From sequence record SRR31156797_11646: DNA of 44,541 nt. One strand, 5' to 3'. Made by a program: the position numbers and the translations under genes. Shown here in pieces: positions 32,686 through 41,356 of this stretch. The stretch's first letter is position 1, and the number at the start of each line of letters is the position of its first letter. The notes below the pieces were generated by a model, which worked only from the letters and a program-made list of their open reading frames with translations, was not told where the DNA came from and ran no database searches.

Positions 32686-33840
32686 TCAGTTAAGTTCTTT
32701 GCGAATGATTGGAAATAGACTGCTATACTTACCTGGCCCAATCATTTCCCCATATATTTCTCTGCTAAACTTGGTGTGATTACGTCTTAGGAGTGAGATG
32801 ACATTGGTAACTTCAGCAACACTTGGTTGGTAGTAGGGGATCAAAAGATTTTGTCGAACCTCTTTGCTAAGCCAGTATGGTCTGGAATCTCTGGTCATAA
32901 TAATTGTATTGGCCGGGACACGGACCTTTTTGCAAGTCTCGATAAAACGTCTTGGCCAACTCTCAAATACCCAATTCAATATTCGCAAACAGTCGACACG
33001 AAAAGAGAGGGGGAGTAATTCGACTTCAGGATGTTCTGTGGAGTTTCGAAAAGTATGGTCCGCGTTAAGTTTTAACTTGTTGGCAACGTACTCATGAAAC
33101 TGTTGCCCGGCTTTTCTATATGCGAGGAAACTACACAGGACCCGCATACCCTCAAAGAATAAATGAGAGTATGGAATGTGTTTTTTGCCTAGGACGCCAT
33201 ATCCATTTTGATAGAAATGCATACACTTGCGTGTCATATGGACCAAATCTTCTGGAGCTTTATACACTCGCGTTGTTCGGAGATCGAAGCCGCATGTCGC
33301 GCACAGTGTAACTCCCACATCTTGCTTCAGTGACATGGCGGCGGGATGGACTTTTCGCAAATTGATTGGTGACCTACAAGAAGGACACCGGTCATGTAAA
33401 AAGCACCCGTGAATTGCACAGCTAGTATAAAATGCTAAGCGCCATCTCTTCAAAAAATGTGGATGCCTAGCTTCTTTTAAACACGAAGGACAAAATTGAA
33501 GACTGGTTTTAGGGTAATTCGGTCGCCGTAGGCGTAAAGGTAATATCCACTTGACTTGAACAGCTATTTTTTGATTTTCAGATAGCTTGTCAGCATCGTG
33601 GTGAAAGGTAAGATTTTGAATGGCTTGGTAGCTCATTCCGGTTTTGTCTGCGAGCTTTTCAACAATTTTTGAGTTGCAGAATATATCAAGATCATTTTTC
33701 CAAATATCAGGGGCCTGAACTGTCAAGCGCATGAAGGTGTATGGGATTTGACCATGGGTTAATGCAGACCTTGATATCCAAGATGAGAGGAGTTCCCCGC
33801 GAAAAGGGCTGGGACGAATTGGCCAGAGAGTTTCGCCCAC
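32686..33840 (-). CDS. tniQ: TniQ/TnsD-family target selector
   Basis: WPIRPSPFRGELLSSWISR, FCPSC, WRLAFYTSCAIH, CPSC, CATCGFDL; follows tnsC. Confidence 0.92.
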   Translation of the reverse strand: MGETLWPIRPSPFRGELLSSWISRSALTHGQIPYTFMRLTVQAPDIWKNDLDIFCNSKIVEKLADKTGMSYQAIQNLTFHHDADKLSENQKIAVQVKWILPLRLRRPNYPKTSLQFCPSCLKEARHPHFLKRWRLAFYTSCAIHGCFLHDRCPSCRSPINLRKVHPAAMSLKQDVGVTLCATCGFDLRTTRVYKAPEDLVHMTRKCMHFYQNGYGVLGKKHIPYSHLFFEGMRVLCSFLAYRKAGQQFHEYVANKLKLNADHTFRNSTEHPEVELLPLSFRVDCLRILNWVFESWPRRFIETCKKVRVPANTIIMTRDSRPYWLSKEVRQNLLIPYYQPSVAEVTNVISLLRRNHTKFSREIYGEMIGPGKYSSLFPIIRKELN

Positions 33841-33843
33841 AGT

Positions 33844-34722
33844 TCACACTACTCCAGCTCGCTCTGAGGGGCGAGTCCATTCAAGCTGTCCCAAAAGCTG
33901 CTGAGAGATGCTCTCCTCGCCAGTTTTTATGGCTAAGATAGCGCATTTTGTTAATAGGTTTGATATCTCACCAATCGCCCCTTCGCTAAGGTCAAAAATT
34001 TGTCGGGCTATTTCATTTTCACTCAGGTTGGATGTTTTTTTCAATGGGAGAGTGTATTCGAAACTATCCAATAGCTGTAAATATTCTTCATTAAATTCCC
34101 ACTGAGGTAGTGGTGCCTGTTCAAAACGATTTGCTAATTGAGGATCATATTGAATTGCTCTGAAAGCTTCGATGGTACCAACTCCAACTAATGGTATTTT
34201 GAGCTCATTACCTAAAAACCTTAAGGTGTTTAAAAAGCGTCGTTGCTTGTTAAGCGATCCAGATATTATATTGTGTATCTCGTCAATTATGAAGATACGT
34301 GTTTTGACTGCTTCAAGAATTTTGATTGACTGTAGCTGTTTCTTAGCCAGCCTGTCAGACGGATTGTAGGGGGCATTCAATTTGTCTAACAGGAATGAAA
34401 AAAAGAGGTTTTCGTCTGGACCTTGTGGGGCTTGAATATACACTACAGGTATAAAAGCACTTTCTTGCTTGGGTGAGTTTTTAGCAGGATGCTTTGAACA
34501 AAATTCCTTAGCGATAGTTGTTTTGCCATTATTCGTTTCGCCGACAATTAGTAGATTAGGCATACGATTTTTGGGTGGATAATGAAAAAGAGTATCTAAC
34601 TGATCAAGTATGTCATTTGCCCTTTGATAACCAAACCATTTATCTTTCAGAATATAACGGAGTCGTTCTTCGTTTGGTAGCTCAAGTGCTGAACTAGCTG
34701 CTTTGCTCAAATGATTGCACAT
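33844..34722 (-). CDS. tnsC: TnsC/TniB AAA+ ATPase
   Basis: RMPNLLIVGETNNGKT, IIDEIHN, LGNEL, DPQLANRF. Confidence 0.94.
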   Translation of the reverse strand: MCNHLSKAASSALELPNEERLRYILKDKWFGYQRANDILDQLDTLFHYPPKNRMPNLLIVGETNNGKTTIAKEFCSKHPAKNSPKQESAFIPVVYIQAPQGPDENLFFSFLLDKLNAPYNPSDRLAKKQLQSIKILEAVKTRIFIIDEIHNIISGSLNKQRRFLNTLRFLGNELKIPLVGVGTIEAFRAIQYDPQLANRFEQAPLPQWEFNEEYLQLLDSFEYTLPLKKTSNLSENEIARQIFDLSEGAIGEISNLLTKCAILAIKTGEESISQQLLGQLEWTRPSERAGVV

Positions 34723-34725
34723 TAG

Positions 34726-36603
34726 TTACTCCCGGATGTCTTTGAACGGTTTCTTTTTCCTTTTTTTGGATGAGGCTGTTGAGGGAAGTGCCTTGGGGGG
34801 CTCTTTTAGCCTAAGCGATGAAGTTTTGATCTTTTGGGGGGAACGCTCGGCATTCCTGCGCGCTTTTTTCTTTTCTTTAGTGGACTTCTCGACGATTTTT
34901 TGCATCTCACTATATGCTCGGAATATTTCCCTTTCATTAACTTTTGATGCCCCATCCTCTCGAAGTTTTTTCGCTGCAGCACGTATGTCCCATATTGAAG
35001 CTGGGGGGTTTGTATTTTCCCTGTAGGGAATGCTGTAATAGTTGTCTTCTTTCGGGTCATAAAAAAATACATGACTCATATCTGTAGGGTTGTAACGCAC
35101 TAAAAATTTTCTTTTTGTTTTGCTAGTTGGTTTTACTGAGGCGTTGATCCAAGGTCGAAGTTCGTGGCTGTAATATTTAATGTTCTCGATAGAAATACCA
35201 TATGGCTGGATGGTCCTTTCTTTAAACGGCATAAAATCCAAGAGAATTCTGTCTGGATTAGTTGGAATTGGCGGTAAACCTCGTTCCAAACAATCACCAT
35301 TACCAGTTATGGCATTCTGATATACATTGTATGGCGTGTCTTTTATCGAGGAATGTATTTTGTGGTGGTATACATTGACAATGTAATTTACTAACCACTT
35401 TTCAAACTCTCGAATTGTTAAAGAGGATTCTTTTTCTGAGTCATACGATCCGCGCTCTATAATATTTGAAGAAGTACTCCCTGGTAGGGTGTGCACTTCT
35501 TCAGCTAATGTCCTAAAGAAACGTTCGACATGACCACCATATCTAGGGCTTGCAACGGGCCTCCATTGCAAAGTAATTCCATATTCATCACACGCACGAC
35601 GAAGGGCTTCAGCTCTGAAATCTTTGCCATTATCTACATGTATATTGTCCATCACACCGTAAACAGGCCAGTCTTTATTTGTGTAGTATTTCGCGATGGT
35701 TTTTTTCTTGGGAATAATTGAATGTGCAACGCACATTGCTACAGAAAAGCTGTTTGGAGGATCAAACGACAAATAATACCCAGTCACCATACGAGAAAAC
35801 ACGTCTAAAGCTAACGTTATATTGGGCCTCCCAATAGCTAGGCGGTATTTTTCATCAACGAGAATGACATCTAACTTTGTGTGGTCAATTTGAACAGTTG
35901 CAAGGGGCCAATCGGCTCCTGGGAATTTGCCGCGAATAGCCTTAAATCTTGATGCAGCCTTTGAGCCTTTGCGCTTTTCCTCCCTTATTTCTTCAGGCAG
36001 AGCTAAAATCCTATTTCGAATAGTGTTGGGATGTGGAGGTTTGATTCCTAGGTCTAAACATTTAGAGACTACTTTATCCGATACCGTTCGGATCGATTTC
36101 TTTTGCATCGAAAGATAATGGGTTTCAATGGCTTCGGAGATGATTTCTTCCACTTCAGACGAAAGTCTTCCTTTCCCTAAATCGGATCGGTGGCGTTTTA
36201 ACAAAGAGGAGCGTAAGCCCCCGGTAGATTCATACTGTTTGATCCATCTGTAAATAGTTGCAGGCCCATACCCTGTTTGCTTCGCTCGATTGATTACATC
36301 GAGATATGTCCTTGAGGGGTTTGATAAAAGGGGTTTGATGGTTTCAAATCGTTTGTTCGCCTGTTCCCAGTCTATATCTGATATAGTCGTTAAATCAGGC
36401 TTTCTAGCTCCCGAACTTTCAAATTGAATTTGATCGTTGGCCAAGTCGAACACACATGCTCTTTCAGTTGCGTGTGTTCGATTGTTCCTTATAAGTGCGT
36501 GTGTTGCGCTTTCAAGCAAAATGACTACATGAGAATTTCCTTTGTATGTGACCTCTTGTCCTATCTTGAGGTTAAATTGATTCTGTTTGCCATTTTGGAT
36601 CAT
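34726..36603 (-). CDS. tnsB: TnsB/TniA DDE transposase (Mu-like)
   Basis: HTH ATIYRWI; QIDHT, HVDNGKDF, GHVERFFRT catalytic triad; Mu C-terminal VRYNPTDMS; start 36603 (or 36618). Confidence 0.95.
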   Translation of the reverse strand: MIQNGKQNQFNLKIGQEVTYKGNSHVVILLESATHALIRNNRTHATERACVFDLANDQIQFESSGARKPDLTTISDIDWEQANKRFETIKPLLSNPSRTYLDVINRAKQTGYGPATIYRWIKQYESTGGLRSSLLKRHRSDLGKGRLSSEVEEIISEAIETHYLSMQKKSIRTVSDKVVSKCLDLGIKPPHPNTIRNRILALPEEIREEKRKGSKAASRFKAIRGKFPGADWPLATVQIDHTKLDVILVDEKYRLAIGRPNITLALDVFSRMVTGYYLSFDPPNSFSVAMCVAHSIIPKKKTIAKYYTNKDWPVYGVMDNIHVDNGKDFRAEALRRACDEYGITLQWRPVASPRYGGHVERFFRTLAEEVHTLPGSTSSNIIERGSYDSEKESSLTIREFEKWLVNYIVNVYHHKIHSSIKDTPYNVYQNAITGNGDCLERGLPPIPTNPDRILLDFMPFKERTIQPYGISIENIKYYSHELRPWINASVKPTSKTKRKFLVRYNPTDMSHVFFYDPKEDNYYSIPYRENTNPPASIWDIRAAAKKLREDGASKVNEREIFRAYSEMQKIVEKSTKEKKKARRNAERSPQKIKTSSLRLKEPPKALPSTASSKKRKKKPFKDIRE

Positions 36604-36604
36604 A

Positions 36605-37246
36605 TTATGACCTCTCATAAAATAAATGGGTGTTCATACTAAGGGGATCAAATATATCTATTTTTAATATTTTTTTCGCAACCATTTGCCATATGCAGTA
36701 AATGAGTTTCCCTCTTTTAGTAGAGTCGAATGCATAATAATCTGTAATATCCCTTGGAGTTGTAAGGCCATACTTTTCAATAGCCGACGTTATTAGTTGA
36801 GAATACTCTGTATCAATCTCCGAGAGTGAATAGCCTTTCAAAAACTTGATATTCTCCCATTGGATCGTGCGGATTTGTTTTTCAGTCGCAACTTTGAAGA
36901 ATAAGTCGTTGGCTCTAGAATAGGCAATTGCCGCCTTAAACTTCGGTAAAAAATCATCTTTCTTTTCATGCAATTCTGATGAGTACTTCACCTCATAGAG
37001 CACTTTTCGGCCATCGGAATGGGAAACCAGCACATCGGGCGTGTATGACCTTTTACGGCCATTGTAATCTGTAAATTCAATTTGCATTGGTTGGACCTGA
37101 AAATTTGTCACGTCCTCTCTGAATTCAAGTTGGATATAAAAATCTTGCTCAAGAGTAGACTCAAATTGAGCTTCTCCAGGATTTTTATTGCTGCTTACAA
37201 TCCCAGTAACATTTCTGTAGCTCTTAGGGATTTTTCTGACGGCCAT
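36605..37246 (-). CDS. tnsA: TnsA endonuclease
   Basis: FESTLEQD, QVQP, YTPDVLV, YEVKY (PD-D/ExK). Confidence 0.93.
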   Translation of the reverse strand: MAVRKIPKSYRNVTGIVSSNKNPGEAQFESTLEQDFYIQLEFREDVTNFQVQPMQIEFTDYNGRKRSYTPDVLVSHSDGRKVLYEVKYSSELHEKKDDFLPKFKAAIAYSRANDLFFKVATEKQIRTIQWENIKFLKGYSLSEIDTEYSQLITSAIEKYGLTTPRDITDYYAFDSTKRGKLIYCIWQMVAKKILKIDIFDPLSMNTHLFYERS

Positions 37247-37284
37247 GAAAATACTCGCATTTATTTTTAGATTTTTTCTAGAGA

Positions 37285-37373
37285 CATATCACAGTGCACG
37301 GATGACTATCAAATATTTATGTAAAAAGGGGGCGTATTTCTTATACAGCTATCATTTAATTATATTATTAACA
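37285..37373 (-). repeat. Transposon right end with TnsB-type sites
   Basis: Reverse strand TGTTAATAATATAATTAAATGATAG; inner AAATATTTGATAG (37306-37318) identical to left-end site 2; weaker CTGTGATATG at 37285-37294. Confidence 0.85.
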
Positions 37374-37378
37374 CGTGC
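37374..37378 (+). repeat. 5-bp target-site duplication CGTGC (right copy)
   Basis: Follows terminal ACA; matches 21395-21399. Confidence 0.93.
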
Positions 37379-37813
37379 ACCTGTTCTCCGTTGGCTGTGC
37401 AGCGGTATCGAGGGAAAATCTCCGGCCCGCTTCTTGACCGTATCGATTTGCATGTGGACGTGCCTGCGGTTCCCTACGAGGATTTGAAAAAGGCACGAAG
37501 TGAGGTGGATTCGGCCACCATGCGCGCTCATATTTTGGCTGCTCGGGATATTCAGGTCCAGCGATATGAGGGGATGTATTTTTCGCTGAACGCTGAACTG
37601 GATGGCTCGGCATTGGAAGAGTTTTGCGCCTTGGGGGAATCGGAACACGGATTTCTCAAACAGGCCGTGGAATCGTTGGGGTTATCCGCCAGAGCGTATA
37701 CTCGTATTTTACGTATCAGTCGCACCATAGCGGATCTAGCCGGAGCTGATGAAATAGGTGTCGACCACTTGGCCGAAGCAGTGAATTACAGGGGTATGGA
37801 CAGAGAGGGATAA
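37379..37813 (+). pseudogene. comM: ComM 3' fragment
   Basis: TCSPLAVQRYRGKISGPLLDRIDLHV...LSARAYTRILRISRTIADL..HLAEAVNYR; in frame with 5' fragment. Confidence 0.95.
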
Positions 37814-37822
37814 AGAGGTGCT

Positions 37823-38752
37823 TTACTCTTCGAAATCAAGTCCAGCTTTGCTGCGACCAAGGAGAATGGAGGTGATGACGGCAATGAAAAGAATCGTCGC
37901 TGCAATGAGCCCATATCGGATCCATTCGGTTTTTTTTGCATGAAAGATGAACCAGTGACTGGCTATGTTCTTGTATTCGGCCATGGAGATGTCTGAAAAT
38001 CCTTGATCCATGAGATTCAGGAGGACTTTATTTCCTTTGCTAACAGCTCCGTGAATATTTTTTGTGAAAAGTATCTGTTTGACGATGAGACCGTGCCCAC
38101 TTCCCTTTTTTCCTACTTCAAAACCCAGAACGGGATGATCTCCGGCAGCAGCCTGAATCGTATCATTTGCAAGAGCCTTTGCTATATCTTCGTTTGTGGG
38201 GAATTTTTTGACTGTAATGTTGATTTTATTTTTGCGTAAAAAGTATTCAGTATAACCTCCTTCTAGAACGCCAACAATATAGGTGTCATAGATTGTCGTG
38301 AGATCAGCGTCATATTCGGCTTTGACAAGTAGAGCAGATTCAAGCTCATGAAAGGATCTGCTGAAATCGAGGGATTTAGCACGCTCATCATTGATGAAAA
38401 GGCCGCCGTGAATATCGTATTCACCGTCGGCAACAAGGGGAATGGTTTTTGTCCATTCTTCAAATTGGAATATAACGGGAATGCCAGTTTTGTCCGACCA
38501 TTTTTTCCAAATATCAATGAGGTACCCCTTGGGATCCCCGTTGACTCCCTGAAAAGAGAGCGGGGCGGAATTGGGCGGGTTGACCACTGTGACCCCATGT
38601 TTGCGATACCAGTTGTTATCCCGCGCTGAAGCTGCACTCCCAGACGGCCTTGTTATGGAAAACATGGCAAGGAGTATGGCCAGCGTTATGACTGCTTTGT
38701 GGCCAGTGGCGATAAAAGGTCTGCTGTTCAGGGAATACATATAGATCAGCAT
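37823..38752 (-). CDS. Family 3 substrate-binding domain protein with C-terminal TM anchor
   Basis: APLSF..GDPKGYLIDIW, ERAKSLDFS; N- and C-terminal hydrophobic helices. Confidence 0.8.
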   Translation of the reverse strand: MLIYMYSLNSRPFIATGHKAVITLAILLAMFSITRPSGSAASARDNNWYRKHGVTVVNPPNSAPLSFQGVNGDPKGYLIDIWKKWSDKTGIPVIFQFEEWTKTIPLVADGEYDIHGGLFINDERAKSLDFSRSFHELESALLVKAEYDADLTTIYDTYIVGVLEGGYTEYFLRKNKINITVKKFPTNEDIAKALANDTIQAAAGDHPVLGFEVGKKGSGHGLIVKQILFTKNIHGAVSKGNKVLLNLMDQGFSDISMAEYKNIASHWFIFHAKKTEWIRYGLIAATILFIAVITSILLGRSKAGLDFEE

Positions 38753-38788
38753 TAGCTGATTTTGGAGTCTATTGGCAATGATTCTACT

Positions 38789-38822
38789 AAAAAAAGAGGA
38801 GACGCCATGAGCATCTCCTCTT
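38789..38822 (-). terminator. Intrinsic terminator of the Fe-S/ATPase cluster
   Basis: AAGAGGAGA...TCTCCTCTT stem with T-run on minus strand. Confidence 0.7.
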
Positions 38823-38849
38823 CATTTCGTCTGAATGGAATTTTTGCGG

Positions 38850-39209
38850 TTACATTCTGCCGAGAATTTCCGCCAATTCCACACCATCTTTTTTGCCGGG
38901 ATCAAGCGGCAATCCTTTGAGTACGCCGAGACCTTCACTTTTGTCGTGAAAGTCTTCGTCGGACAGTGAGGTGACAGTGGCCGTGTTGACCATGGCGTTT
39001 ACCTTGATGACTTCCAAGGCCAAAGCCAAGGAGTCAAAATCGGACAGCCCTTCGTCAATGACGACCAACTTAACAGCACCGTCCTTGACCGCTTCGAGAG
39101 CGGCGGCACCGGAGGGCACCACGTCGATGTTTTGTCCGCTGGAATCTGCCAGAGAGTCAATGAACTCGCCTAGAGAGTCTCCACGGGTTGTTGCAAAGAC
39201 GATGGACAT
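38850..39209 (-). CDS. Receiver-domain-like small protein
   Basis: SGAAALEAVK..VKLVVIDEGL CheY-like pattern; last gene of cluster. Confidence 0.65.
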   Translation of the reverse strand: MSIVFATTRGDSLGEFIDSLADSSGQNIDVVPSGAAALEAVKDGAVKLVVIDEGLSDFDSLALALEVIKVNAMVNTATVTSLSDEDFHDKSEGLGVLKGLPLDPGKKDGVELAEILGRM

Positions 39210-39211
39210 GT

Positions 39212-39586
39212 TTAGCGGCCGCCGCCGCAGGTCTGCTCTGCAGTGAAAACAGGCAGGCTGTCACGCAGGAAAGCTTCAATGGCAGTTTTGACAGTGGGAG
39301 CACCATTGCCGTGGAAGACTTCAATGCCAACCTGATTGAAACCCATGAGTGGGCGCATGCCCATACCACCGGAAATCAGGGCCTTGACGTTTTGGTCGGC
39401 CAGATACTGCACCGGAGCCATGCATCCACCCTGTTCGTGGGGGCAGCTCGGTACGGTTTTTACGTCTTTGACTTCACCGTCGGCGACTGTCACGAGAGTG
39501 TACATGCCGCAGTGGCCAAAGTGGGCATCAACAGTGGCGTCCATGCCACCGGGTTCCGCAGTGGGAACAGCTACGAGAGTTTCCAT
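39212..39586 (-). CDS. NifB/NifX-family Fe-Mo cluster-binding protein
   Basis: VDAHFGHC, HEQGGC, ISGGMGMRP; ATG 39586 after AAGGAG. Confidence 0.85.
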   Translation of the reverse strand: METLVAVPTAEPGGMDATVDAHFGHCGMYTLVTVADGEVKDVKTVPSCPHEQGGCMAPVQYLADQNVKALISGGMGMRPLMGFNQVGIEVFHGNGAPTVKTAIEAFLRDSLPVFTAEQTCGGGR

Positions 39587-39612
39587 ATTCCTATCTCCTT
39601 CTGAAGGTTTGG

Positions 39613-40494
39613 TTACTTTTTTATGTCTTTGAGCATGTCCAGAATATCCGACCATGCCTGCTTGAGCGTTTTTGAGAGTTCACCGTCTTCATATTCCGTA
39701 ATAACTTGGCGGTTCAACATGGAGTCGACCACTTTTTTATCATGAGGGAATCGTCCTACAACGGTATATCCCTTTTCATTGCAGTATGTTTCAATCTGCT
39801 CTGAAAGTTCAGGGTTGATGTCCCATTTGTTGATCAGGACGGCAACTTTGGTGCGGAACCCATCACACAATTCGGCAACACGTTTGAGATCGTGCAGGCC
39901 GGAAAGGGTGGGTTCGGTGACCGCAACGGCAAGGTCGGTGCCGGCCATGGAGCTGATGACAGGGCAACCGATACCGGGAGCGCCGTCGCACAAAACCAGA
40001 TCCAATCCTTGCTCTTCTGCCATTTCACGTGCTCTCTGTTTGAGCAGAGTGACGAGTCGGCCTGAATTTTCTTCACCGGGAAAGAGCTGGGCGTGGACCA
40101 TCTGGCCGAATCTGGTTTGTGAAACATACCATTGTCCACAGTGTCTTTCCGGGAAATCAATCGCTTCGGTCGGGCACAGGGCCACACAGAGCTTGCATCC
40201 TTCACACAGCATCGGGGCGACAGTGAAAAGGCCGTCCTTCTGGGTGATGGCGTTGAATCGACAGAGTTCCGCACATTGGCCGCAACCGGCGCACAGCTCA
40301 TTGTCGATAACCGCTTCATTACCGGACTTGAATGATTCTTCGGTTTCATGCTTGGGGTCGAGGAGCAGATGTAGATCAGGGGCGTCTACGTCCAGATCGC
40401 ACAAGATTGCTTTGTCCGCGAGATGTGAGAAAGCGCCGGTAATGGAGGTTTTCCCTGCACCACCTTTACCGCTGATAATAACGATCTCATGCAT
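39613..40494 (-). CDS. MinD-superfamily ATPase with 2x[4Fe-4S] ferredoxin insert
   Basis: SGKGGAGKT, DLDVDAPDL, CAGCGQC..C and CEGCKLC..CP, DGAPGIGCP, VTEPT. Confidence 0.9.
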   Translation of the reverse strand: MHEIVIISGKGGAGKTSITGAFSHLADKAILCDLDVDAPDLHLLLDPKHETEESFKSGNEAVIDNELCAGCGQCAELCRFNAITQKDGLFTVAPMLCEGCKLCVALCPTEAIDFPERHCGQWYVSQTRFGQMVHAQLFPGEENSGRLVTLLKQRAREMAEEQGLDLVLCDGAPGIGCPVISSMAGTDLAVAVTEPTLSGLHDLKRVAELCDGFRTKVAVLINKWDINPELSEQIETYCNEKGYTVVGRFPHDKKVVDSMLNRQVITEYEDGELSKTLKQAWSDILDMLKDIKK

Positions 40495-41356
40495 GGCGTG
40501 CCTCCTTGGCTTCAACGGCTGCTGTCCGCATGCTTTCGCGCAGGGCGGTGAAGGTTGATTCCAACGGCTTGAGAGCCTTGGCGATAACTTCGCCCTTGGA
40601 GTAGGCCTCGGCTACATCGCGGGAATAAGGGATTTCAGCCCATACGGGAATGTCGTTTTCCCGACAGAACTCTTGCACAGTGTTGTCGCCAATTCCAGCC
40701 CTGTTGATGACCGCGCCCATAGGTTTGCCCATAGGTTTGAATGCTTCCCAGGCGAGTTTGAAATCATGGAATCCGAAAGGAGTGGGTTCCGTGACGAGCA
40801 CAATGCAGTCTGCGTCCATAACAGCGGCGATGGCCGGGCAGCTTACGCCGGGAGGGGCATCGATAAGAATGTCGCCTTCGGCGCTGAGAGCCGGGAATTC
40901 AGTACGAATTTGTCGCATAAGAGGAGGACTCATTGCTTCGCCAATGCGGAGACGTCCCATGATGAATTTATTACCGTTCGTCGTGCCCCGGCATATTTCA
41001 CCGAGTTCCCGTTTTCCGGGAGTGAGTGCGCCTTCCGGGCAGACTTCAAGACAGGCTCCGCATCCATGGCACATTTCCGGGAAGGTGAGCAGAGTGTCGG
41101 CCATGATCGTTATCGCTTTGAATTGGCAAATGTCGGCACAGGCCCGGCACTTGGTGCATTTGTCTTCGTCGGCCTCGGGCACCTCGATGTACGCCTTCTG
41201 GATATCGTCCAGATCAGGCTTCAGGAAGAGATGCAAATTTGGTTCTTCGACGTCCAAATCCACCAGAGTGATGGGAGAGTCCCACAAGGCGGCCAGGGAT
41301 GACGACATTGTCGTCTTGCCCGTACCGCCCTTGCCGCTGGCTACGGCGTATATCAC
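40487..41356 (-). CDS. MinD-superfamily ATPase with 2x[4Fe-4S] ferredoxin insert (paralog)
   Basis: SGKGGTGKT, DLDVEEPN, CTKCRAC..C, CHGCGAC..CP, DAPPGVSCP, VTEPTPFG. Confidence 0.9.
   Translation of the reverse strand: MIYAVASGKGGTGKTTMSSSLAALWDSPITLVDLDVEEPNLHLFLKPDLDDIQKAYIEVPEADEDKCTKCRACADICQFKAITIMADTLLTFPEMCHGCGACLEVCPEGALTPGKRELGEICRGTTNGNKFIMGRLRIGEAMSPPLMRQIRTEFPALSAEGDILIDAPPGVSCPAIAAVMDADCIVLVTEPTPFGFHDFKLAWEAFKPMGKPMGAVINRAGIGDNTVQEFCRENDIPVWAEIPYSRDVAEAYSKGEVIAKALKPLESTFTALRESMRTAAVEAKEARHA

Larger units (their letters stand above)
21400..37373 (-). mobile_element. Tn7-like transposon (TnsA, TnsB, TnsC, two TniQ), 15,974 bp, inserted in comM
   Basis: TGTTAA...TTAACA termini, 19/24 identical terminal inverted repeat, 5-bp TSD, complete tnsABC-tniQ operon, split comM. 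Confidence 0.95.

Noticed and set aside
21400-37373. CRISPR-associated transposon (CAST)
   Set aside because: No cas-like ORF and no repeat-spacer array seen in the intergenic gaps; a single degenerate guide cannot be excluded by eye.
37391-37813. Independent 140-aa gene
   Set aside because: It is the 3' part of comM; TTG start without a clear RBS.
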